Shown here: one piece after another, positions 39,431 through 46,982 of the stretch
Numbering within the stretch: position 1 is the first letter of the stretch
Layout of the letters: the number at the start of each line of letters is the position of its first letter
Source of the DNA: Candidatus Heimdallarchaeota archaeon
GTDB lineage: Archaea > Asgardarchaeota > Heimdallarchaeia > Heimdallarchaeales > Heimdallarchaeaceae
Reading direction: 5' to 3'
DNA: 46,982 nt
Assembly: GCA_030668825.1 (NCBI GenBank)
Contig: DAOVET010000010.1
Location: 1-46,982, forward strand
Position numbers and translations under genes: made by a program
The notes under the pieces: generated by a model
Told to the model about the DNA's origin: nothing
Database searches by the model: none
Seen by the model: only the letters and a program-made list of their open reading frames with translations

Positions 39431-40162
39431 TCAGAGGATTGATTTCTTATGATCCCACCATTCTTGAAAAGTTAAACTTTTAGGAGTTTTATTTACTTTT
39501 TTTAAATCACGTGCATAATTCAATAATAATGTACCTTTAGCACGGATATAACCTCCAATAGGAGGCTTGAAAATCTGTTGATCATGTTTTCTTCCAACAA
39601 TCAGATTCTGATCTATTGAAAGGATGTTTTTAGTATCTGTTTCTAGTTGTGTATTGAAATGTACAACCAATCCAGAGCTGGCTGAAAAAATATTTATATC
39701 CCCAACAGCTGTAAGATACTCCTTCCCTAAAGCAAGATAAACTAGTTCATAATTTTCTTCAGCAATTCTCTTAACCTCATCTGGTATAGATAAATTTCTA
39801 GCCATGATTTGAATTTCTTTCTTTGTTTTATTTGTAAAAGAACAATCATAAGGCGGAAGCAGTTCTTTTTCATTAACCAATCCAAAACCAGCAGACAAGA
39901 TTAGATGTTCGACTGAGCAAAAATGTCTTAAAACTTCAATTGACTTATTAACAAACTTTGCTTGTTCTCCAGTATATAGATTTCCTGCTTCTAAACTCAT
40001 TTTCTGAAAATTCTTTTTAGCTTTTTCCCTTTGTTGTTTATTACTCAATTTAGCACAAGTTGGTTGATCAGGATGAGAAACAGCTTTAAGCTTTCCACAA
40101 GAACTAATCACAAGAATTGATGATCTAGTTTTACTCATTCTAACCTTTCTCTCTTGTTCCAA
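39431..40162 (-). CDS. DUF6884/YaaA-like protein
   Basis: ISSCGKLK, A.NLYTG, ILSAGFGL, PYD.SF, LGKEY. Confidence 0.6.
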   Translation of the reverse strand: MEQERKVRMSKTRSSILVISSCGKLKAVSHPDQPTCAKLSNKQQREKAKKNFQKMSLEAGNLYTGEQAKFVNKSIEVLRHFCSVEHLILSAGFGLVNEKELLPPYDCSFTNKTKKEIQIMARNLSIPDEVKRIAEENYELVYLALGKEYLTAVGDINIFSASSGLVVHFNTQLETDTKNILSIDQNLIVGRKHDQQIFKPPIGGYIRAKGTLLLNYARDLKKVNKTPKSLTFQEWWDHKKSIL

Positions 40163-40230
40163 GTAATATTACGCATAGCCTGAATACCCACGTGTAAAGT
40201 TCACTAAGATTGTCCTTTTTAGTCCTTCTT

Positions 40231-41520
40231 TTAGTCCTCATGCTTTTCACTTGTTTCAGCTTTTAGTTTTTCTTCTACTATCGTAGCCATTTCCTGCTCT
40301 TCCTTCTTATCGCGAAAAACAAGTTTGAGAAGTAGAGGTGCCATAATGACTGTCACAAAAACAAGCATGATTGCCATAGTGTAAATATTTGAATCAAATA
40401 TACCATGTTGAACACCGATTCCTGCTATTACAAGCACAATTTCAGCTCTTGGAGAAGTTCCTACAGCAATTTTTACTGCAGAACTATTGCTGAAACCCAC
40501 GATTCTTGAACCTGCAAAAGTCCCAATACCTTTAGAAAGTATAGCTATAAGAATAACTAGAACCATAATAAAGGAGATTCCTCCAGAAGTAAAATCAAAA
40601 TTGCTTCCTACTGAAAAGAAGAACAACGGAATGAAAATCCCTTCTCCGAATTTGACGATGGGTTCTTTGATTTCTCCTATAATTAACTTGTTTTGCTGCA
40701 GAGATAAGCCCAAAAGAAACGCCATAACAACTCCAGAGAAATGTAGCTCTTCTGCAAAATAATTGATCAAAACTAACAGACCAAAAATTATTCCTAGGGC
40801 AAAATAAGGCGTTTTCGCAGAAGAGAAAATATTGTAATTGCTTTCCAGAAATTTTAGAATTCTCGGTAAGAGGAACATAATAGAAATTATAAACAGTAAT
40901 AAATATCCCAGATCTTTTAATATTGTAAAAATCCAGTTTCCTCCTTCCGGTGCAAAAAGAGCACTAGAAAGAACTAATACAAGGATAAGGGCAATAAAAT
41001 CATCAAACACAGCAACAGAAAGCGTAGTCTGCCCTTCTTTTGACCCTAATTTACCTAAGGAACCTAAAGTTCTAACTGTTATACCTATACTAGTAGCTGT
41101 GAAAAGAGTACCGAAGAAAATTGCAAAAAGAATATCTTTCTTAAAGATGAAATAACCTGTTAATATTCCACCAACCAATGCAACAGAAACCTCTATAAGT
41201 GAAATGAACAGACTATTTTTTCCAATTTTCCTTAGATCTCCGATGTTTATCTCCAAACCAACAATAAATAATAAAAGAAGAATGCCAATTTGTGAAAACT
41301 GCTCTAAAATCTCAGCGTCCATGAATTTGGCTAATACTTCACTTCCCTTATCGCCGAATAATCTGAATATTGGGCCACCAATGAGTACTCCAGCAAGTAG
41401 TTCTCCCAGAATGGATGAAAGTTTTAACCTTTCAAATATTTCTCCTAAAATTCGTGCACTAAGAAGTCCGATTCCTATAAACAACAGTATGCGTAGAACT
41501 TGCTCACTCATCTTCCTCAC
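40231..41520 (-). CDS. cation:proton antiporter (CPA2, NapA/KefB-like)
   Basis: GELLAGVLIG, LLFIVGLE, ATSIGIT, AVFDD, IPLFF, K..G, PRAE. Confidence 0.9.
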   Translation of the reverse strand: MRKMSEQVLRILLFIGIGLLSARILGEIFERLKLSSILGELLAGVLIGGPIFRLFGDKGSEVLAKFMDAEILEQFSQIGILLLLFIVGLEINIGDLRKIGKNSLFISLIEVSVALVGGILTGYFIFKKDILFAIFFGTLFTATSIGITVRTLGSLGKLGSKEGQTTLSVAVFDDFIALILVLVLSSALFAPEGGNWIFTILKDLGYLLLFIISIMFLLPRILKFLESNYNIFSSAKTPYFALGIIFGLLVLINYFAEELHFSGVVMAFLLGLSLQQNKLIIGEIKEPIVKFGEGIFIPLFFFSVGSNFDFTSGGISFIMVLVILIAILSKGIGTFAGSRIVGFSNSSAVKIAVGTSPRAEIVLVIAGIGVQHGIFDSNIYTMAIMLVFVTVIMAPLLLKLVFRDKKEEQEMATIVEEKLKAETSEKHED

Positions 41521-42022
41521 GCTCGAGGTCTAGAACGAGCAGTTTAGAATCAGCAGTAGTTTCCTTCCAGATGTTTCGTATAGCAAGAATTATTTCATTT
41601 ATTGAGATTAAACCTTCAACAGGATCATCTTTCGTCTTAGCTCTTGGCAAAACAGTAGATTCATATTTTATCATACATTCAGTAACACGGGAAATTTTAT
41701 CATCATTTACGATAATAGGCAAGTTTTGATTAGCCAAATCTCTAGCTGTAGTACATGAAAATACCTTTGCTTTTGAAAGAACATTAGTAATATCTGTATG
41801 TAATGGCGCAAATAGGACTATAAGGTCTTTTGGAGTTATTAATCCATAATATTTGTCTTCTTCATCTACAACTATTAGAGTTTTTGAATTCTGGTTTAAA
41901 GATTCATCCAGAATAGAAAAACAAGGAGTTGTTTCAATAATAGTTGGAACTTGGAGTGTTGAAAAGTCTTCAGCTTTCATTTCTTTAACTTTGGAGATAA
42001 AGACATCAAACAAGTTTTCCAT
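41504..42022 (-). CDS. CBS-domain protein coupled to the antiporter
   Basis: IVVDEEDKYYGLITPKDL and VEGLISINEI; overlaps the antiporter start. Confidence 0.75.
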   Translation of the reverse strand: MENLFDVFISKVKEMKAEDFSTLQVPTIIETTPCFSILDESLNQNSKTLIVVDEEDKYYGLITPKDLIVLFAPLHTDITNVLSKAKVFSCTTARDLANQNLPIIVNDDKISRVTECMIKYESTVLPRAKTKDDPVEGLISINEIILAIRNIWKETTADSKLLVLDLEREEDE

Positions 42023-42272
42023 ATAGTAGATTAGTTAGTGATGAATAAATAAAGCTTACTAAACTTTAATCTAGAATATAAAAGGAGAAATCACACTCCT
42101 TATAGCTGTAATAGGGTTAACAGCAGCACAATCGGCTTTGAATAATGTGTTTCAATTTAGGAGATTTCTATTCAATTGTAATTTTACTTGTTTTAGGAAC
42201 TGTTTTCTTAACACCTTTATTATTAAAACTATTATTTGGAAAAACAATAAAGAAGTAGACAAGATTCTTTTT

Positions 42273-42695
42273 CTAAATTTCCTCTTCTCTTTTTAAGAGA
42301 TATCGGTCAGAATAATGTTTAATCATCTCTTTAGCAGAATCATAATCTAAACTTAACTTAGGACCCCAGATGGATTTGGCTTTTTCCAATTTTTTCATTA
42401 GCATCCCTAGTTTTAAACCTGTTAAAGTATTTCGTGTATAAAGTTCATTCGCTTCAAAATGAATTACTCCATACTCTTGTCTTAATTTCCCATATATCTG
42501 ACTTATCTGGTTGAATTCTTTGTTTACCTCTTCTAATTCTTTCTCTAAATTATCTTTCTTCTTAAGTTCTTCAAGATCAACTTTGAAGATGTAAGGGAAG
42601 TAGTAAAGAAGTTGTTCTACTAAATCCACTAAATCAGGTATTGATTCAGCTGTTGAATCTGGAATCCAAATATTGAATTTTCTTTTTTCGCTCAT
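42273..42695 (-). CDS. hypothetical coiled-coil protein
   Basis: 140 aa; central heptad-rich region; 10 nt from the upstream gene. Confidence 0.6.
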   Translation of the reverse strand: MSEKRKFNIWIPDSTAESIPDLVDLVEQLLYYFPYIFKVDLEELKKKDNLEKELEEVNKEFNQISQIYGKLRQEYGVIHFEANELYTRNTLTGLKLGMLMKKLEKAKSIWGPKLSLDYDSAKEMIKHYSDRYLLKREEEI

Positions 42696-42705
42696 GATTC
42701 ATCAC

Positions 42706-43056
42706 CTATACTTTATTTAGAGATTCTAAAGCTCTATTTAGTTCAACAATTGTCAAATAATCGTCTTCATATTCAATCAAGAACTTCTTCTCTTGGTTGA
42801 TTTTTTTCTTTGTTTCAATTATATCATCTGATCTTTGTTTGGTTTTGTCTTCGAGCATTTTGAGATGAAGAAACGAAAGTAATTTTTCCCAAAGATCATT
42901 CTTGTCGTATTCAGAAAAACTATCCAAGAATTCCTCTATTTGATTGACTATCTTATCTGGGTTAGTATTGTTCTGTTGAGCTATTTTAAACAACTTCTGT
43001 TTTTGTTTGTAACTCAGCTGATACTTCACATATTTTTTCTTCTTTGAAAAACTCAT
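42706..43056 (-). CDS. hypothetical protein, possible ribbon-helix-helix N-terminus
   Basis: KKKYVKYQLSYKQKQKLFKIAQQNNTNPDKIV strand-helix-helix pattern. Confidence 0.55.
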   Translation of the reverse strand: MSFSKKKKYVKYQLSYKQKQKLFKIAQQNNTNPDKIVNQIEEFLDSFSEYDKNDLWEKLLSFLHLKMLEDKTKQRSDDIIETKKKINQEKKFLIEYEDDYLTIVELNRALESLNKV

Positions 43057-43058
43057 GA

Positions 43059-43191
43059 TTAGATTTTACCTTAATCCCGTTAAAACCTTTTTCTTAGATA
43101 ATCATTGCTCGAAGCTCCATCTAAGCGGATAAATCACATATCCTCCTACCCCGCCCACACTACGTTTGGGTAGTGCTTGCGGATCGCCTTT
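43059..43191 (-). ncRNA. omegaRNA scaffold overlapping the intact tnpB 3' end, plus putative guide
   Basis: Minus-strand stems GCACTAC/GTAGTGT, GGATA/TATCC, CTTAGAT/ATCTAAG; candidate end TTTAAC at 43079; 5' end unknown. Confidence 0.75.
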
Positions 43192-44349
43192 CAGTAAAAT
43201 ATTATATGCACCATTTACATCAGCATTAATCTTTATTCCTTGAGTAGATTGGAACAGTCCTCGAGTAACTCTTTCTCCTTTATACTGTGTTCTTTTTTGC
43301 GGATATTCATTATCCAAAAAACTACATTTGGAAGTATAATCCTCTTCAATTGTGTCAACAACGATTCCTTGCTCTTCAGCCTTATATTTTAGAGTGTGGA
43401 TGATTTTGTCAAAGGGGATGATAACAAACATCTGAGTAGTCTTCTTACCCAAACGCACCTGTTGTTTCCATCTAGGATTGTACCCAATAATCACTCGTTG
43501 TATTCCTTTTTCCACCCAGTAATCAACGAACTGCTTACCCATTTGATGAATCCAGTTTCTAACTTTCTTTCGCTTAGTTTCACGTATCTTATGAAATCGA
43601 GAACCATATACTAGATTATTTTGTTGTTTGAGTTGTTTTCCTTGCTGTTGTGCATACTTTTGCTGTATTTTTTTTCCTTCTTTCAGATAGAACTGGATGA
43701 TGGACTTAATCCCTTTCCCCTCATCCTTGACAACAATAGGTCGTGAGTTGATGTTGTCCACATAAGTAATGAGGTTGGTTATTCCTAGATCTATCGCTCC
43801 TATGTTTTTTCCACTTACCTCTGCATTAGGAACAAGTTTAGTATAAACAATTTCAATTGTATATCCCAGAGCTCGAGGGATAATTCGTACCTCTTTCACT
43901 TTAGTAGTTTCTATTAATCTGGTTTTTATGGAAAAGAGTACTTTTCTTGGGAAAATAAGCTTTCTTCCCTCTATTCTCACTTGTTGATTCGTAAAAATAG
44001 CTATTTGCTGACCATTCTTTGCTTTATATTTTGGGGGACGAGGTTTTGCTAGAAACACTTGAGGATGAACTTTGTATTCCTTTCTTGCTTGCCTAAAACT
44101 TTTCCAATTGCGCGTAAGTAGTTTGAGGGTGTGTTGAGCTGTGTGTGCGGGAAGAATCTTATAGCACTCTTCCTTTTTCAACTTTCGGTCTAATTGTTGA
44201 TAAGATAGATATTTCTTCGTTTGGTAATAGTATTGCTTGAACAGGAACATTGCTCTATTGTAGAGGTTTTTGGTTTGAAAACACAATTGGTGTAAAGGAG
44301 GATGCGCTTTGGTTTCCATCACTTCCGTTCTCCACACTTCATGTGCCAT
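43102..44349 (-). mobile_element. tnpB: IS200/IS605-family RNA-guided endonuclease TnpB, intact ORF; IS1341-like, no tnpA
   Basis: KNLYN, RuvC-I AIDLG, IIGYN..WKQ, EEDYTSKCSFLD, RGLF, RuvC-III NADVNGAYNI. Confidence 0.92.
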
Positions 44350-44447
44350 CTTGTTCTCTAGTTTATACTTTTATTCTTATATAAACTCAGAAAATATCTG
44401 TAAGATAAAAGAAGTAAAGAAAAATAGTTAACCATATAATCACTATT

Positions 44448-44954
44448 CTATTTCTCTAGTTTTCTTTTGATAACGTAAGTGTCAACAGCTGTTAAAGACA
44501 TGACTTCTAAAGTTTTTGCTAAGGTAATCTCATCATTAAAATCTGGGTCTAAACCTGTAACACCACTAGCTTGAACAACTTCAAAGATGGCAAGAAATTC
44601 CTCTTCATCAACGTTTAGAACTTGAACCAATTTTGCTCCAAATGATATGACTGAATGAATATAAAGAGGTGTTTCAAAATTTGAACTCTTCTTCAGATTT
44701 TCTACTTTAAGTGACTGATTTGCGAGTGCTGCAAGAATCTTAGAATCTTCACCTTTCCTTAAAACATTCAAAGTAATCTCTTTAGGTATTTCCCGCTTTG
44801 AAAAAGATATAACCAATCTATTGTTGTTAATAGGAAAATAGTTTGTAAGAACGTATAACTTGTGATTCTCAATGTTTCCACTTATTCCTAGTAAAGGAGT
44901 GAAAGACACCATTAACTTTGATAATTCAGCAGGTAGCTTCAGCTGTTCAAACAT
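44448..44954 (-). CDS. hypothetical protein, possibly a degenerate flavin-reductase-like split barrel
   Basis: LVISFS, ITLNVL, TPLY...SFGAKL...LAIFEV loosely follow that fold. Confidence 0.45.
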   Translation of the reverse strand: MFEQLKLPAELSKLMVSFTPLLGISGNIENHKLYVLTNYFPINNNRLVISFSKREIPKEITLNVLRKGEDSKILAALANQSLKVENLKKSSNFETPLYIHSVISFGAKLVQVLNVDEEEFLAIFEVVQASGVTGLDPDFNDEITLAKTLEVMSLTAVDTYVIKRKLEK

Positions 44955-45064
44955 ATTGTTCGATAAACTTATCCCTTTAAGAAATTTACCTATTTAGTAT
45001 CATTGTGGTGTCAAAATGAGCTATTTTGCGAACAAGTTATATGTTAGGATTCATTCTATGACAT

Positions 45065-45496
45065 ATGGAAGAGATTTCTTTTAAGCAATACTTGCAAAAA
45101 TGTGGTCAAATGCTAGACAAATATCGCTCAAACATTGCTCATCTCTCTAATTTAAGATACAAAGTAGAAAAACAGTTTTTCGATCCTGAAGAAATGGTTG
45201 ATCATTTTTATACAAACAAGAGTGAATATTATCCTTGGCAAGAGATGCAAGATGCAATAATAAATCTAGAAGAAGCTTATAATGAGTTGGTAAGTAGTAT
45301 GATGGATGCTATGGTACAGCCAGAAGCCTTTGAATATTATCTAAAAGATCAACGTATTCCTGTATTAATTATGCCTGAATCAGAGGAAGAAGAGGCTGAA
45401 GGCGAAGAAATACTTGATGAAGAACTGGCTGATGAACTAGCAAAAACCATTGCTGATGAAATAATAGATGAAATGGAAAAACAAGATAAAAAATGA
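45065..45496 (+). CDS. acidic hypothetical protein
   Basis: 143-aa helical ORF with E-rich C-terminus. Confidence 0.6.
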   Translation: MEEISFKQYLQKCGQMLDKYRSNIAHLSNLRYKVEKQFFDPEEMVDHFYTNKSEYYPWQEMQDAIINLEEAYNELVSSMMDAMVQPEAFEYYLKDQRIPVLIMPESEEEEAEGEEILDEELADELAKTIADEIIDEMEKQDKK

Positions 45497-45498
45497 TA

Positions 45499-46050
45499 CT
45501 ATTTCTTCAATCTAGTAAGTAAATCAGTAAGTATAAGATGAGTTAAACCCCAAATTTTATATTTTCCAACATTATAGTACATATATTCTTGATTATTGAA
45601 CATTCCAGAAAGATTATTTTCAGTAAGTAATAATTGTTGAATATCTGCAAAGAAAGTTTCTTGCACTTCTTTAGGATTAATTATTAGTTCTACATCTTCA
45701 TCAATGAAAGCCACCAAGGGATAAACATAATGCATACTTGTTGATAATAGTGGATTAAGGCTACCTAAAACATGAATAGATTCTCTCTTTATTCCAACTT
45801 CTTCTTCAGTTTCTCTGAGAGCGGTCTCTACCAAATTCCCATCTGAATCATCATATCTTCCTCCAGGAAAAGATATTTGCCCTTGATGATGAGTCAGGTT
45901 TTCTGTTCTTTTAGTTAAAAGTAATTTCTGATCTTTTGTAAAAATTGGTACCAAAACCGCAGCTAATCTGAAATTCAGAGGAGATTCTAAAGATAAATCT
46001 ATAGATTCCAAATTCTTTCCCAAATTAGCTAAAACATCCATGATAATCAT
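45499..46050 (-). CDS. Nudix CoA pyrophosphatase (NudL/PCD1-like)
   Basis: AAVL, LLTKR...HQGQISFPGG, ALRETEEEVG, EV..TF, IWGLT. Confidence 0.9.
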   Translation of the reverse strand: MIIMDVLANLGKNLESIDLSLESPLNFRLAAVLVPIFTKDQKLLLTKRTENLTHHQGQISFPGGRYDDSDGNLVETALRETEEEVGIKRESIHVLGSLNPLLSTSMHYVYPLVAFIDEDVELIINPKEVQETFFADIQQLLLTENNLSGMFNNQEYMYYNVGKYKIWGLTHLILTDLLTRLKK

Positions 46051-46094
46051 TCAATTAGAAATGCATATTTTAAATCATCGAAACAGATGTAAAT

Positions 46095-46655
46095 CTAGTT
46101 CTCTTCTTTGTTCTGTTTACGAGAAAAGGTGTCTTTTATCCAATTTTTCACATCTTTGTCTTTCATAGTTTTAGGTCTAGCACCTTCGGCAGAAGGCTTA
46201 TTTCGTCTATTTTCCATTTGTTCTGACAAATCATTCACTGAAAGAAGTACACCATTATTGAAATCCAATTCAACTACTTTGCGAAAGGTAATAGGTCTCT
46301 GAAAACCCATATGTACGTACATCTCATCAATGAAATCACGAGCAATCAACAACTTACCAGAATAATCTAGGTTTAGGTTCAAGTCTTGGTAGTGAAATGT
46401 GAACATATCTTTAGTTTTTTTAGGTTTAACTCCATTAATTTTCTTAGCTTCTTTGGTATTAAGCTGCATATCTTGAAGAATTAGGTACTTGTCATCTAAT
46501 GTGTAATATAAAACAAATCCTCTCCAACAAGCTGTTGATGCTATTTCTGGTGTGATATCATAATCTAAAGGAGAAAAAGGTTCTTCTTCTTCGATGCCAA
46601 TAAGGGAATAAACCTCACCTTCATAAAGAAAAGAATCAGGTATCTGACCAGTCAT
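46095..46655 (-). CDS. conserved hypothetical protein
   Basis: MTGQIPD.F.YEG, STACWRG, YSGKLLI, YVHMGF, EL.F.NG.L. Confidence 0.65.
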   Translation of the reverse strand: MTGQIPDSFLYEGEVYSLIGIEEEEPFSPLDYDITPEIASTACWRGFVLYYTLDDKYLILQDMQLNTKEAKKINGVKPKKTKDMFTFHYQDLNLNLDYSGKLLIARDFIDEMYVHMGFQRPITFRKVVELDFNNGVLLSVNDLSEQMENRRNKPSAEGARPKTMKDKDVKNWIKDTFSRKQNKEEN

Positions 46656-46694
46656 TTCAAAAATATATTTGACTTTTGGATATATAAGATTTAG

Positions 46695-46982
46695 TTACAC
46701 AGGTGGTTCAGATAAAGGATAAAGATCAGAAGCACCAGCACTTCCAGGAATATTGTAAGAACCAATTCCGTTCCAAGTGTCCCAAAAATTACCTGCGAGC
46801 AAGTAAGAATCATACCACACACTATTTACTGAATAATCTGCTGCATGATTCTGATTTGAGAAGAAACTATTATGATGTATTATACTATTGCTTGTTACCA
46901 AATATATTCCTGTTTGTTGAGACAATGTTATGTTGTTATAACTTATATAGAAATTATTTCCATTTGGCTTATTTGGTTTAAC
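46695..46982 (-). CDS. 3' end of a NosD/parallel beta-helix surface protein (partial)
   Basis: Frame open to the window edge; IHHNSF..N, GNFWD.WNG.GSY.IPG.AGASDLYPL. Confidence 0.7.
   Translation of the reverse strand, partial: VKPNKPNGNNFYISYNNITLSQQTGIYLVTSNSIIHHNSFFSNQNHAADYSVNSVWYDSYLLAGNFWDTWNGIGSYNIPGSAGASDLYPLSEPPV

Noticed and set aside
1-46982. CRISPR array, prophage or complete restriction-modification system
   Set aside because: No regularly spaced repeats, cas genes, viral hallmark genes or restriction nuclease seen by eye.

Overview
AT-rich (about 30% GC by eye), gene-dense archaeal-type DNA with short leaders, TTTTTAA/TTTATA boxes and T-tract terminators. It most resembles Asgard (Heimdallarchaeia-like) DNA; this is an inference from a TPR-longin protein, many zinc-ribbon proteins and TM+basic-tail anchored surface proteins. 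Most content is metabolic or transport: PPi-type Pfk, SppA, an SRD5A-like reductase, an orphan DNA methyltransferase, LplA, CopA/CopZ, two MFS, GH2, LLM, TrpB2, rubredoxin, CPA2+CBS and a Nudix hydrolase, plus several gene remnants that retain only 3' ends. The main discovery is a three-locus TnpB/omegaRNA set: an intact tnpB (44349-43102), a tnpB broken by one TAA (28891-30141), and a stand-alone non-coding copy of their 3' RNA scaffold at about 7350-7550. The orphan copy aligns without gaps over 65 nt, keeps every helix through compensatory changes, and has a TATA box and its own 5' hairpin. Both TnpBs have a rearranged (Fanzor-type) RuvC-II and no C4 zinc finger. Other highlights are a circularly permuted family-5 solute-binding protein and two zinc-ribbon paralogs with CYSTM/CaaX-like Cys tails. 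No CRISPR array, tRNA or rRNA was seen.
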